64,000 bases of DNA from Sedimentisphaerales bacterium (GCA_963663965.2 CAXXFK010000019.1:100124-164123), one strand, 5' to 3'. Counted from the first letter of the stretch, positions 9,823 to 19,891 are shown. Numbers and translations: made by a program. The notes: generated by a model from the letters alone, not told the origin.

Positions 9823-11118
9823 TCAGCGGGTAGATTTGGTAAGTTCGCGGATCACGGCGGTGGCGTAGGAGCCGGGATCGAGGGTGAATTGGAGTTGGAG
9901 GAAATCGCCGTGGTGGTCACGGCCGGAGGATATTTCGGGTTGGTGAATCGGGATACGGAGTGGGCGGCGGCCGGTACGGGCGTCGAATTTATTGAGCAGG
10001 TCGAATTCTGGAGGTCCGATAACTGCTTGTTGCAGGATGGCGTTTTCGATTTCAGCGGCGGGTCCGGAGGGGCTGGACATTCTGGGTCCTGGCAGTGGGC
10101 CAGTCGGGCTGATTTCGAAGCGATCACAACGGGGTTGTTCCCGGGTGGCGTTTTTGACCAGGAATACGTCGGCCGTGTTGTGAATCCAGGCGAGGTCGCC
10201 GGTCAGAAGCTGGTCGATCTGAGGCATACGGGTGGCAAGAACACGATTGAAAATCAAGGATTGCCAGGCGGACACATAGAAATTTTTAAGTGAAGCGCTG
10301 ACGGCGTGGCAGGCTTTGCGTTTGCGTCCGCCATTGATCATGAGTTGGTGGAGGGCCTGGCGGTGATCGGCGAAGAGGTAGGGCCAGGCACGGTGAGCTT
10401 TGCGGTAATCGCCTTGATCATACAGGGCTCGCGCGCGCGCGACAGGCGGGGAATCAAGGGGACCGGGATGCCCCAGGAGCAGGTCCATAAAGTGGTCGAT
10501 CTGATTATGAATGAGGGCTTCGCCCAGGAGATGGTTGTCGAGGCGATTGCCGAACCGCTGGGGACCGAAGTAGTTGGGGACGCCCCGGTGAGTCAGCAGA
10601 GAGATCACGGATTCGGCGCGGGAAGCAGCGCGTTTGAGGCTGAAACGCAGACGGCGGAGCCGGATAGTGAAGCGGTTGCCGGCGAGATGGCCGAGTTTGA
10701 TTTTGTTGTCGTGGCGTTCGATCTGAATAATTTTGAGGCCTTTGCGCCGGAATCGGTGGAGGCTGTTGAAGTCGACGCGTTCAAAAGAGAGCCATTGACG
10801 GGCGATGGCATGGGCGTCTTTGAGGCCGGCAAAACCGATACGGTGACGGGGAATATTCAGATGCTGGGCGAGGGCGGCGATGGCTTCGCGGGTGCCGATA
10901 CCGCGTTTTTCGAGGAGGACGAAGAGGTGAGAGCCGCGTCCTGAAGGGGGATAGAGGGGGATTTCTTCAACGATAAAATCGCTGTCAACGGTGCGGATCT
11001 GGCCGCCCAGGCCGGGATGGTCGGTGGTCAGGTATGGAAGATCGAGTATGGATGATTCGGCTTCGATTGAGAAAGTATCCTGAAATGATTGACGTTGATA
11101 TCGGTCAGCATCATACAC
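9823..11118 (-). CDS. truD: tRNA pseudouridine(13) synthase TruD (start uncertain)
   Basis: DFIVEEI, FAGLKDAHAIARQW (catalytic Asp), GNRFTI, PNYFGPQRFG and GSYAT motifs. Confidence 0.95.
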   Translation of the reverse strand: MYDADRYQRQSFQDTFSIEAESSILDLPYLTTDHPGLGGQIRTVDSDFIVEEIPLYPPSGRGSHLFVLLEKRGIGTREAIAALAQHLNIPRHRIGFAGLKDAHAIARQWLSFERVDFNSLHRFRRKGLKIIQIERHDNKIKLGHLAGNRFTIRLRRLRFSLKRAASRAESVISLLTHRGVPNYFGPQRFGNRLDNHLLGEALIHNQIDHFMDLLLGHPGPLDSPPVARARALYDQGDYRKAHRAWPYLFADHRQALHQLMINGGRKRKACHAVSASLKNFYVSAWQSLIFNRVLATRMPQIDQLLTGDLAWIHNTADVFLVKNATREQPRCDRFEISPTGPLPGPRMSSPSGPAAEIENAILQQAVIGPPEFDLLNKFDARTGRRPLRIPIHQPEISSGRDHHGDFLQLQFTLDPGSYATAVIRELTKSTR

Positions 11119-11373
11119 GATTGTTGAGGGAAGTCAATGGGTGAATATTTTGGATTATGGATGAAAACCAGTTGGAGTGTATGTTGTAATATTCTGTTAA
11201 ATAAAGAATTATGTTATTAAAAGTTGGTGTCAACAAAATAAATAACACTGTGTCTATATGATTTGTTGTGTTAAAATGGTAAAATTGGGTAATATGGAAA
11301 ATATATTCTTATTGTTTTGACATTTGGCGGGTAATTTTTTATGATGGTTAATTAAAGGTAGCTGGAGAAATCA

Positions 11374-11859
11374 TTGAGCGAAGTAAGCGACAATCAGGGA
11401 GTTTTGTTGATCGGAATCGGTTGCGACCGGGAAGGAAGAGGCATTTTATCTGATTGGATATCCGGTCAGGGACATGGGCGGGTGGTTTATTGTGATCAGG
11501 TTTTTGATGCGGCAGCGACGATTGTTCGGGAGCCGTCCGGCGTCAGGCTGGCGGCGGTATTATGGGGCAGGTTGATTGGGACTTTTGAACGCGAGTTTAT
11601 TGCCTGGATGGGAAAGCAGGGGATGCCGCTGGGGGTCGTGGTTCCTAAAGAGGAAACGGGTCGAATCGACGGGCAAGACTGGCCGGATAATGTTAAAAAG
11701 ATCCTTCCTGATCAAATACCCGCATGGATCGAGACAAAGGGGCTCGTGCCGGAGCGTATGGAAATGAAAAGGTCTAATCATGACTCATTGGCAAATGCCG
11801 TACCGGCAGGGGAAGCCGTGGAACTAACTCAGGATGAACTTGATTCCCTGATGAGATAG
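11374..11859 (+). CDS. Hypothetical protein, possibly receiver-like fold, with a C-terminal ELTQDELDSLM motif
   Basis: TTG start with a GGAG RBS; ends 17 bp before the GGDEF gene. Confidence 0.65.
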   Translation: MSEVSDNQGVLLIGIGCDREGRGILSDWISGQGHGRVVYCDQVFDAAATIVREPSGVRLAAVLWGRLIGTFEREFIAWMGKQGMPLGVVVPKEETGRIDGQDWPDNVKKILPDQIPAWIETKGLVPERMEMKRSNHDSLANAVPAGEAVELTQDELDSLMR

Positions 11860-11876
11860 CATAAATCGCGTAACGA

Positions 11877-13250
11877 GTGAGATCGATGAAAGAAGCCAAC
11901 AAAGGAATCGCGCTGAATATCCGACATGTCCCAAAGGGCCGTGGCGGCGGACCGGTTTTGCTGCTGGGCGATCAGGGTGAGTTGGAAGCGGCATTGCGGC
12001 AATCTTCGGTGGGACTAGTTATAAGCGCCCGTAGCTATATTGACGGGATCGAGGAATTGCAACGTCAGGAATATTGTCTGGTTCTGATCCATATTGAACC
12101 AGTCATCCAGCGTATTGGTGAGTTGCTGGCAGCTCTGGCCAAGATCCGGCCGGCGAGCCGGTTGGTGTGTTACGGACCGGCCTGGTGTGAAGCGGAATTG
12201 ATTCGGGGAAATTGCGTCAGCTGTGATTTCTGGCCTGCGCCGGTATCCTCAAGTCAGGTGACGCGTCTGCTGGAAACCCCAGGCGCGAGGAAAAATAACT
12301 GGAGAAGCGATACCCGAAAGCGTCAATCCGCAGGCCCGATACCGGTTAACGCCGAAATGGTAGTTCAATATCTCAAGGAATTGTCGGCAGAGATTCCCAA
12401 TGGATTGGAATCGGTGGTGACCTACGCGACGGAACGGCTCAGGATTTTGCTGGGATTGGATTGGGTGGGTATCGATTTGCTTCATAGTGAATCGACGCAG
12501 GTTGACGGACCGGCGCGTCAGGTGGTTTCGTTGGCGTATGGCGGCGAAACGGTGGGGCGGCTATTACTGGGCAGGTCAGACCGAATGGATAAAATCAGCG
12601 GACAGGAAGACCAGATACGGTTACTGAGTGAATTAACGGCGACAACGATCGCGCTGTCCCGCCGGGAACAGGCATTGCGAGAGCTGGCAACCCGCGATGA
12701 TTTGACGGGGGCTCATAACCGCCGGTATCTGGAACATTTTGTGCAGGAGATCATCGAATCAAACAAGGAGGAGCCGACCCAGGCGACATTATTGATTTTT
12801 GATATCGATGATTTTAAACAGTATAACGACTGCTTTGGGCATTCGGCTGGTGATGAGATTTTGTGTGAAGTAACGCGCCTGATCCGGCATTGCTGCCGGG
12901 AACATGATGTTGTCGCGCGATTTGGAGGCGATGAGTTTATTGTGTTATTCTGGGATAACGAAGTACACCGTCAACCCAAAGGAGACCAGGGGTCCGGTCA
13001 GGAAGGACCGGACGCATCGCACGAAGAGAGTGTTTTGTTTATGTGTAATCGATTTCGGAGGATGATCGCGGGCAGCGAGTTTTCGTTTCTGGGGCCGCAA
13101 GCGCTGGGCCGGTTGTCGATCAGTGGCGGCGTCGCTCGTTTTCCGTATGATGGCGAGACGCTGGAAGCGCTGTTGGAGCAGGCGGATAAAGCGCTGCTGG
13201 AAGCCAAACGACAGGGCAAGAACCGCATCTATATTGCCGGGATAGAGTAG
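11877..13250 (+). CDS. Diguanylate cyclase (GGDEF) with degenerate N-terminal input domains
   Basis: DDLTGAHNRR, DIDDFKQYNDCFGHSAGD, REHD I-site (RxxD) and an intact GGDEF. Confidence 0.93.
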   Translation: MRSMKEANKGIALNIRHVPKGRGGGPVLLLGDQGELEAALRQSSVGLVISARSYIDGIEELQRQEYCLVLIHIEPVIQRIGELLAALAKIRPASRLVCYGPAWCEAELIRGNCVSCDFWPAPVSSSQVTRLLETPGARKNNWRSDTRKRQSAGPIPVNAEMVVQYLKELSAEIPNGLESVVTYATERLRILLGLDWVGIDLLHSESTQVDGPARQVVSLAYGGETVGRLLLGRSDRMDKISGQEDQIRLLSELTATTIALSRREQALRELATRDDLTGAHNRRYLEHFVQEIIESNKEEPTQATLLIFDIDDFKQYNDCFGHSAGDEILCEVTRLIRHCCREHDVVARFGGDEFIVLFWDNEVHRQPKGDQGSGQEGPDASHEESVLFMCNRFRRMIAGSEFSFLGPQALGRLSISGGVARFPYDGETLEALLEQADKALLEAKRQGKNRIYIAGIE

Positions 13251-13391
13251 TCACAGGCTGATAAATATGGTCGGGAGTTGGATTGCTTGTTAAAATAATA
13301 GAAAGTTTGACTTTTTTGTCGAAGCAGGCTATTATCCAGAAATAACAGAAAGGATTTAAATTTAGAAAACATTTCCATGAAAGGATGTGTC

Positions 13392-13883
13392 ATGAGAACC
13401 AATTTATACGTGTTCGCTGTTATTACGCTGATATGCGCCGTGATTGTTGGATGTAAAAAGGTTGCGCCTGATCAGGCTGCCGGCCAGATTGAAGGGGTAA
13501 CCTGGGTCAAGAACGGTCCGGTGACGATTGAACCGGGCAAGGTTTATGTCGTTGAGTTCTGGGCGACCTGGTGTCCGCCCTGCCGGGAGAGTATCCCCCA
13601 TTTAACTGAAGTTCAACACGCCATGGCTTCACAGGATGTCACGATTATCGGGATCTCGAATGAAGATCTGGATAAGGTGAAAGAATATGTTGAGAGCATG
13701 GGAGATAAAATGGATTATGCCGTTGCGGTGGATACTGAAGGCAAAATGACCAAAGCCTATATGGATGCCTTTAATGTGCGTGGAATTCCCCATGCTTTTG
13801 TGATAGACAAGGCCGGCATGATTGCCTGGCAGGGTCATCCGATGGGAGATCTGGAAAGAGAGTTGGAGAAAGTTTTGAAATGA
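13392..13883 (+). CDS. TlpA-family thiol-disulfide oxidoreductase, lipoprotein
   Basis: IVGC lipobox; FWATWCPPC; RGIP cis-Pro loop. Confidence 0.92.
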   Translation: MRTNLYVFAVITLICAVIVGCKKVAPDQAAGQIEGVTWVKNGPVTIEPGKVYVVEFWATWCPPCRESIPHLTEVQHAMASQDVTIIGISNEDLDKVKEYVESMGDKMDYAVAVDTEGKMTKAYMDAFNVRGIPHAFVIDKAGMIAWQGHPMGDLERELEKVLK

Positions 13884-13897
13884 TCATTGAAAAACCC

Positions 13898-14680
13898 CTA
13901 ACCCGATTGAGTGTTCCTATCGGTTAGCAGGTAGGGGGCGATATAATTGTGGTTAATACCAAAGAGGTGGATGGCGAAATGGCCGCCCCATCGTCTGTTT
14001 TTCAGGTCATCAAACGACCATGGGCTCTGTATGATCCGGGAGCGATCCTGGGGATTGGGGCAGGCTTTGTCGAGATTGAAGCCGATCATACCAGCGGAAG
14101 GGCCAAATTGGCGATCGATAGTACCAAAGACGCGGGTGCCTAATCCGACCATAAACCAATCCCAGCGGGAGTGGACATTAATCAGGTTGCCATGGGTATG
14201 ATGGAGGGCATCGGTCAGGTCATAATCCGGGCTGATTGCGGCATGGATCAGGATAATATGTCGCAAGGTGATATCATCGGGCAGTTCTTCGGCGGCAAGT
14301 ATGGCGATGCCGCCCCCACCGGAATATCCGACCAGATCGATCGGTCGATCCGGGTAGGTTTGGGCATATTGGGTGATATGATCCGCCAGCTTGTGGGCGG
14401 ACCTGGCGTTGGCTTCTGAATCCATGAGATTGGTGAAGGGCCACATGGAATGGTGCCAGCGATATTGTTCAATCGCCTGGCTGACGTTTGCCAGGCGGAA
14501 ACCCCGTTGGGCTTCGCTCATATTGAGCCAGCCCCCTTCGATACCAGCCAGCATGATAATCAGGCCTTCGTCCAGTTGTTCGGCATTTGGCCTGGGGCGC
14601 TGGCAGCCAGCCAGAGTAAACATGGTCAGCAGGCTGAATAACGCGGTTTGCCGAAAGGTGTATTTAATTTTGTTGAACAT
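13898..14680 (-). CDS. Alpha/beta-hydrolase fold lipoprotein
   Basis: LAGC lipobox; GYSGG nucleophile elbow; C-terminal GGH. Confidence 0.8.
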   Translation of the reverse strand: MFNKIKYTFRQTALFSLLTMFTLAGCQRPRPNAEQLDEGLIIMLAGIEGGWLNMSEAQRGFRLANVSQAIEQYRWHHSMWPFTNLMDSEANARSAHKLADHITQYAQTYPDRPIDLVGYSGGGGIAILAAEELPDDITLRHIILIHAAISPDYDLTDALHHTHGNLINVHSRWDWFMVGLGTRVFGTIDRQFGPSAGMIGFNLDKACPNPQDRSRIIQSPWSFDDLKNRRWGGHFAIHLFGINHNYIAPYLLTDRNTQSG

Positions 14681-14852
14681 AAGATGATTCCTGGCAGCGG
14701 GTTATCGCAAGATTATCGTTTATCGTTGTTAATTGTATCTATATATACAATATGCAGGCAAATTTAAATTAGTCAAGACGATTTCATCGAATGAGGTAAA
14801 AAAAACCACAATAATTATAAAAAAAAAGTGAAAAATACCGTATTTACCACGA

Positions 14853-14881
14853 TTGTTTTTGCGTTTTAGAAAGGTTATAAT
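14853..14881 (+). promoter_or_regulatory. Sigma70-type promoter
   Basis: TTGTTT (14853-14858), 17-bp spacer, TATAAT (14876-14881). Confidence 0.55.
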
Positions 14882-14887
14882 AAGGAA

Positions 14888-15193
14888 AATCGATGAAGGA
14901 ATTGAGGGAATGTCCCTGGATTGCCGTGGAAATAACTATTTTGTCAGGTAATTGCTACATGCGCAATAACAATTAATGTGAATGAAATGCACATAATCAT
15001 GTGAATGCCGGGCCATCGGAGTGAGATTTAAATCGCCGAACGTAAAAAATAATGAAAACAAGCCCGGGTAAGAGTTCCCCCTGACAAATCCAACTAAACC
15101 CATTTTGCTGAGTCACGGCGATTCTACGGTATTTCTCTTCAATTCCATTTTACTGAGCGGTTGCAGAGTCTGAACTCTGTAACCGTTATTTTT
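14888..15193 (+). ncRNA. Candidate structured ncRNA (possibly 6S-like, family unassigned)
   Basis: Bounded by a promoter and an intrinsic terminator. Three nested long-range stems: 14898-14905/15139-15146, 14918-14928/15114-15124 and 14940-14948/15080-15088. Confidence 0.55.
15157..15193 (+). terminator. Rho-independent terminator
   Basis: GCGGTTGCAGAGT-ctga-ACTCTGTAACCGT followed by TATTTTT. Confidence 0.75.
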
Positions 15194-15367
15194 GGGGATG
15201 AGGGAGTGGCGGGCGCTGAAAACAAGACATTTTGAACCTGACAAACCGGTCAAGCGTTATTATGATATGATGTGATGAGGAAAAGCAGGATATTTTTTTT
15301 TGTGAAGACCGGGCAAAGAGGGCTGCCCTGATAGTCAATCATGCCATAAAAAGTCAGAGGATCAGAT

Positions 15368-16747
15368 ATGCTGAGCAACCGAACGTTTTATATTTTATTT
15401 CTCATGCTGGCCGCCGTGATGACGGTTTTGAATTTAACGATCGCCCAGCGGGATCCGGCGCTGTTCGATCCGCTGGTCGATATCAATTATCTGGTTCGAA
15501 ACAAATATGTGGCTGATGTTGATGATAAAGAGCTGGTGCGGGGCGCGATTGAGGGTATGCTGGGTAAACTGGATCCGTTCAGCGAATATATTCCGGTGGA
15601 AGATCTGGATGAATTTAATCGCCGGACCAGTGGGGTTTATGAAGGAATCGGGATCGGGATCGATGTGAAGGATGGTTATATCACGGTGATCAGTCCGTTT
15701 GACGGTTCACCGGCCCAGAAAGCGGGGTTACGGGCCGGCGATATTATTATTGAAGTGGAAGGCAAAAGCACCAAGGGCTGGACGGCGAGCAAGGCTCAGA
15801 CGATCTTGACCGGTCATGCCGGATCGGCGGTGACGGTGAAGATCGCGCGTCACGATGGCACCATTGAAACGGTGAAGATAGTCCGGGATAAGATCCGGGT
15901 ACCGAGTATTCGTGGGTGGCGAATCGACCCAGAGAGCAGCAGGCCGGTGTATCTGCTGGATAAGGAAGCGGGAATCGGGTATATCCGGATTACGCAGTTT
16001 ATCGAAGAGACCGTCACGGATTTTGATACGGCGTTTGAAACTCTGCGTAAAGAAGATTTGAAAGCGTTGATCATCGATCTGCGGGATAATCCCGGCGGTC
16101 TGATGTCGGCGGCGGTGCAATTGGTGGACCGGTTTATCGACTCGGGGGTGATTTTGTCGACCAAGGGCGCGCATAGCCGGGAGCAGGTTCAGGAGGCCAA
16201 GGCACCGGGAACCTACCCGCGATATCCGCTGGTAATCCTGGTGAACCAGGGCAGCGCCAGCGCATCGGAGATTGTCAGCGGCTCGTTGCAGGATCATGGC
16301 CGGGCCATTCTGGTAGGGGAACGGACCTGGGGCAAAGGCTCGGTCCAGGAAATAATCCGGCTGCCTGATTCGGAGGCGCTGGTGAAGTTGACGACGAATT
16401 ATTATTACCTGCCCAAGGGCCGGTGTGTGCATCGACTGAATAACGAAAATGAAGATGAATGGGGTGTGAAGCCGGATATCGAAGAGCCGTTCAATTACGA
16501 AAAGGCGCCGGAGTTGCGAGAACTGTTGACGAAACTGAATAACGGCGTGAATGAAGCGGACAGCGAAAAGCCGGCCAATGACGCCCCGGAACCGGCCGCC
16601 GCTCCAGAGAAAGAGGTTGGTGATCTGGCGAAAGAGTTGCTGGCCCTTGATAATCAACTCGATCAGGCCGTGAAACAGTGCCTGGGTTTGTTGCATTCAC
16701 AGGGTGACCTGGCGCCGCTGGGCGAGGTGTTGCAGGAGGTGAATTAG
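15368..16747 (+). CDS. Carboxyl-terminal processing protease (S41A, PDZ domain)
   Basis: GIGI PDZ loop; DLRDNPGG; SASASEI catalytic Ser; TWGKGSVQ catalytic Lys. Confidence 0.95.
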   Translation: MLSNRTFYILFLMLAAVMTVLNLTIAQRDPALFDPLVDINYLVRNKYVADVDDKELVRGAIEGMLGKLDPFSEYIPVEDLDEFNRRTSGVYEGIGIGIDVKDGYITVISPFDGSPAQKAGLRAGDIIIEVEGKSTKGWTASKAQTILTGHAGSAVTVKIARHDGTIETVKIVRDKIRVPSIRGWRIDPESSRPVYLLDKEAGIGYIRITQFIEETVTDFDTAFETLRKEDLKALIIDLRDNPGGLMSAAVQLVDRFIDSGVILSTKGAHSREQVQEAKAPGTYPRYPLVILVNQGSASASEIVSGSLQDHGRAILVGERTWGKGSVQEIIRLPDSEALVKLTTNYYYLPKGRCVHRLNNENEDEWGVKPDIEEPFNYEKAPELRELLTKLNNGVNEADSEKPANDAPEPAAAPEKEVGDLAKELLALDNQLDQAVKQCLGLLHSQGDLAPLGEVLQEVN

Positions 16748-16834
16748 AATCATTAATGCAGATAAGATTCTGGTGTCCATTCAGGACATTTGATGGCATC
16801 AAACAAGGAATTATGAAATAATGGGAATTGAGTT

Positions 16835-18406
16835 ATGAAAAAACGAGTGACCTTATCGGGCAAGCGGTTTTTGATGATCTGGGTGGTGGCGGCGGTTGTC
16901 TGTTTGCTGATGAACGTTTATGCTCAGACGATGGAGACGGCGCCGGCGGTTGAAAAGGAACCCAGGGCCGCTTTTATCACCTGTAATGAGATGGTGGATG
17001 AGGGATTGTTTGAGTCAATCAAGCGGCGGACCGAACAGGCGATCGCCGAGGGTTGCGATTATCTGGTTTACGAAATCGACACCTTTGGGGGGCGAGTTGA
17101 CAGCGCGTATAATATCTGGAGTTATATTTTACAGGATATCAATAAACGGGAGGGATTGCATACGATTGCCTATGTGCGGACCAAGGCGATTTCGGCGGGG
17201 GCGCTGATCAGTGTGTCGTGTCAGAATATCGTGATGAAAGAGAACACCCAGATTGGGGATTGCGCGCCGATTTCGATGGGGGGCGAGTTGGAAGGCGTGG
17301 AACGGGAGAAGGTGGAGAGTCCGTTACGGAGTTTTTTCGCGACGGCGGCCCAGGCCAATGGGTATCCGGAAGGGCTATTGAAGGCGATGGTGACGATCGG
17401 GATCGAGGTCTGGCGTGTGAAGAATCTGGAGACGGGGGACTATGAATATTTTGAAAGCGATATGCTGCCGGATGACGGGACGAAATATGATCTGGAAGGC
17501 AAGAAGAGGATCGATTCTGATGAGCATCTATTGACTTTAAGCGCGGCGCAGGCGCTGGAATACGGGATCTCCCAGGCGACCGTTCAGGGCAGCGATGATG
17601 GGGCCCGTGAGGGTGTACTGGCATTTCTGGAAGCGAGGGATGGGGTGGCAATCGTGCGGCCACTGAGTTATTACCAGCCCAACTGGTCAGAGCAGATGGT
17701 GCGCTGGGTGACCAGTCCGGCGGTCAGCGGGATTTTAATGCTGATCGGTATGCTGGGGATTTATATCGAAATCAAGACACCCGGTATCGGGCTGCCGGCG
17801 GCGATTGCCGTGATCGCGTTTGGGATCTTATTCGGGAGCAAATTCCTGATCGGGATGGCCAACTGGTGGGAGATCGGGGTGTTTATCCTGGGTGTGCTAT
17901 TATTGCTGGTTGAGATTTTCGCGATACCGGGCTTTGGGGTGGCCGGTATTCTGGGAATCGTACTTATTTTCTTTGGTTTGATCGCGATGATGGTGAATAA
18001 TCCACCGGACCGGTTGCCGATTCCAGTGTCGCCAATGGACTGGGAGCAGTTGCAATCCTATATGATATCGATGTTCCTGGGATTGCTGGGATTTATTATC
18101 GTGGCGTTTTTCCTGGCGCGTTATCTGCCGGGGTTACCGGTGGCGCGGCGGTTGATCCTGGCGAGCGAGGATTCACCGATCGAGGTGCGATCGGGAGGTT
18201 TTGCCCGGCCATCGGAATCGGTGGGCGTGACCGTGGGTCAGGTTGGCATCACCACCTCCACATTGCGGCCGTGTGGTATCGCCGAGTTTGACGATACGCG
18301 TCTGGATGTCATTTCACAAGGTGAACTGATTGAACCGGGGCGCAAGGTGCAGGTGGTGGCGATTGAAGGGAATGAGGTTATTGTGCGGTCAGTCAATGAG
18401 GTGTAA
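16835..18406 (+). CDS. NfeD-family membrane-bound serine protease (ClpP-like domain, TM domain, OB-fold)
   Basis: IDTFGG, AISAGALI, EK, EIKTPG, EIFAIPGFGVAG and C-terminal LRPCG motifs. Confidence 0.9.
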   Translation: MKKRVTLSGKRFLMIWVVAAVVCLLMNVYAQTMETAPAVEKEPRAAFITCNEMVDEGLFESIKRRTEQAIAEGCDYLVYEIDTFGGRVDSAYNIWSYILQDINKREGLHTIAYVRTKAISAGALISVSCQNIVMKENTQIGDCAPISMGGELEGVEREKVESPLRSFFATAAQANGYPEGLLKAMVTIGIEVWRVKNLETGDYEYFESDMLPDDGTKYDLEGKKRIDSDEHLLTLSAAQALEYGISQATVQGSDDGAREGVLAFLEARDGVAIVRPLSYYQPNWSEQMVRWVTSPAVSGILMLIGMLGIYIEIKTPGIGLPAAIAVIAFGILFGSKFLIGMANWWEIGVFILGVLLLLVEIFAIPGFGVAGILGIVLIFFGLIAMMVNNPPDRLPIPVSPMDWEQLQSYMISMFLGLLGFIIVAFFLARYLPGLPVARRLILASEDSPIEVRSGGFARPSESVGVTVGQVGITTSTLRPCGIAEFDDTRLDVISQGELIEPGRKVQVVAIEGNEVIVRSVNEV

Positions 18407-19891
18407 GAGTGGCGTTTTTAGGCCCGGGCGGGTTTGGGAATCGCGCGGGGGGCGGGGGAGTACCCGCGAATAGTAAATGAGCTGGGTGAGGCAGAAGAGG
18501 ATCAGGCCCAGGGTCCAGGGCAGGGTTGGGATGGCGGCGCCTTGCAGGATCAATTGCTGATTGAACAGGAAACCAGCGGCAGCGCCGGTAATACCGGCCA
18601 GTAGTGACAGCCAGATGGGAGCCAGATCGATCAGCAAGCGGGATAAACGCCATTGAAGGGTGTGGGCGGTGAAGATCCAGATGGTAATCATACCCATGGC
18701 GGTACCTGCGACCATGGCCAGGCAACAGCCTTTGATGCCAAAGTGGCGATAGACTGGAATAATCAACAGGGCGGTTACCGCCAGTCGCAGGATGGCCATC
18801 CAGAGGCAGCCGCGCAGCCGTTTGAGGGCGTAGAGTTGGGTGGTCATCAGGGTGGAGGTGACGATAAAGAGGCCGGCCGGGGTCAAGACGCGCAGGGTGG
18901 GCGCGATCAAGGTGTATTTATCGGGTAAAAGCCGGACCAGCCAGGGCGCGAACAACACTAACAGAGTAAAAGCGACGATTGCCAGAGGGAGGACGGTGAG
19001 GATGGATTTGCGGGTTAGATTACGAAGTTGATCGAGATCGTTTTGCAGATGGGCATAGGTAGGGAAGCCGACCTGTACGGTTACCTGTTTGAAGAGGAGC
19101 ACCAGGGCCATGAGTAATGTCATAGCCAGGCAATAGAGACCCAGGTCTGAAGTGGGCGCGATTTTACCGAGTATGAGGATGTCGATGCGGAAGGTAAGCA
19201 TCATGATTAGTTCGGTCAGGTAGATCTGGATCCCGAAGCCCAGCAAGACGTGTGCGGCGGTTTTGTCGAGATGGAAACGAGGGCGCCAGGGAGAAACCAG
19301 ATAACTGGTCAGGCAGGTGATGGCCGCGATGGCTGCCTCACCGAGTATCAGCACGCTGGGTGATTGCCAGAACCAGGCCAGGCTGATGGTGAGGGCGATG
19401 CCGCCGATTTGCGCGATGATTTCGATCAGTTTGATCACTTTGAACTGGAGTTGTTTTCGCAGGATCATCAGGCCGGCGCTGGTCAACCCTTCGCAGAGCA
19501 GTGTCAGGCTACACAGCCGGATCAGCATGGTCAGATTGGTATTGGCATAGGCTGTGGCAACGATGGGCGCCAGAATAAAAAGCATGAGGGCCAGGAGCAG
19601 ATTGCGTAAAAGGCATATCGTCCAGAAGGTGTGCAGAAACGGTTTGTCAAGAGCGTTGGGGTGCTGAATAAAGGACTGGTTGAGACCGGTGTCGGATAGT
19701 TCTTTGGTGATGGCCAGAACGGTCCAGGCGATGGCCGCCAAGCCGAAATAGTCCGGGATGAGCAGCCAGGTGAGCACCCACATACGGCCGAGCCGTAAAA
19801 TCTGGATGGCCAGCGAACCGGCGGTCATCCAGCCGCCTGCGCGCAGATAGCGACCAAAATGATCATCAGGTAAACGGGCACACTTGAGCAT
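18389..19891 (-). CDS. Oligosaccharide flippase (Wzx/PST family)
   Basis: About 12-14 TM segments; LLIPDYFGL, DTGLNQSFIQ, IDILILGK and LGLY patterns. Confidence 0.85.
   Translation of the reverse strand: MLKCARLPDDHFGRYLRAGGWMTAGSLAIQILRLGRMWVLTWLLIPDYFGLAAIAWTVLAITKELSDTGLNQSFIQHPNALDKPFLHTFWTICLLRNLLLALMLFILAPIVATAYANTNLTMLIRLCSLTLLCEGLTSAGLMILRKQLQFKVIKLIEIIAQIGGIALTISLAWFWQSPSVLILGEAAIAAITCLTSYLVSPWRPRFHLDKTAAHVLLGFGIQIYLTELIMMLTFRIDILILGKIAPTSDLGLYCLAMTLLMALVLLFKQVTVQVGFPTYAHLQNDLDQLRNLTRKSILTVLPLAIVAFTLLVLFAPWLVRLLPDKYTLIAPTLRVLTPAGLFIVTSTLMTTQLYALKRLRGCLWMAILRLAVTALLIIPVYRHFGIKGCCLAMVAGTAMGMITIWIFTAHTLQWRLSRLLIDLAPIWLSLLAGITGAAAGFLFNQQLILQGAAIPTLPWTLGLILFCLTQLIYYSRVLPRPPRDSQTRPGLKTPLLHLID

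Noticed and set aside
14893..14976. 27-codon ORF MKELRECPWIAVEITILSGNCYMRNNN inside the candidate RNA
   Set aside because: Its SD-like AAGGA lies upstream of the inferred transcription start and the ORF is buried in the long stems. It is not excluded, but it is unsupported.
14900..15070. RNase P, tmRNA or SRP identity for the structured RNA
   Set aside because: GAGGGAATGTCC only loosely resembles the RNase P GAGGAAAGTCC motif and the 3' consensus is not in place. There are no tRNA-like ends and no SRP loop motif.
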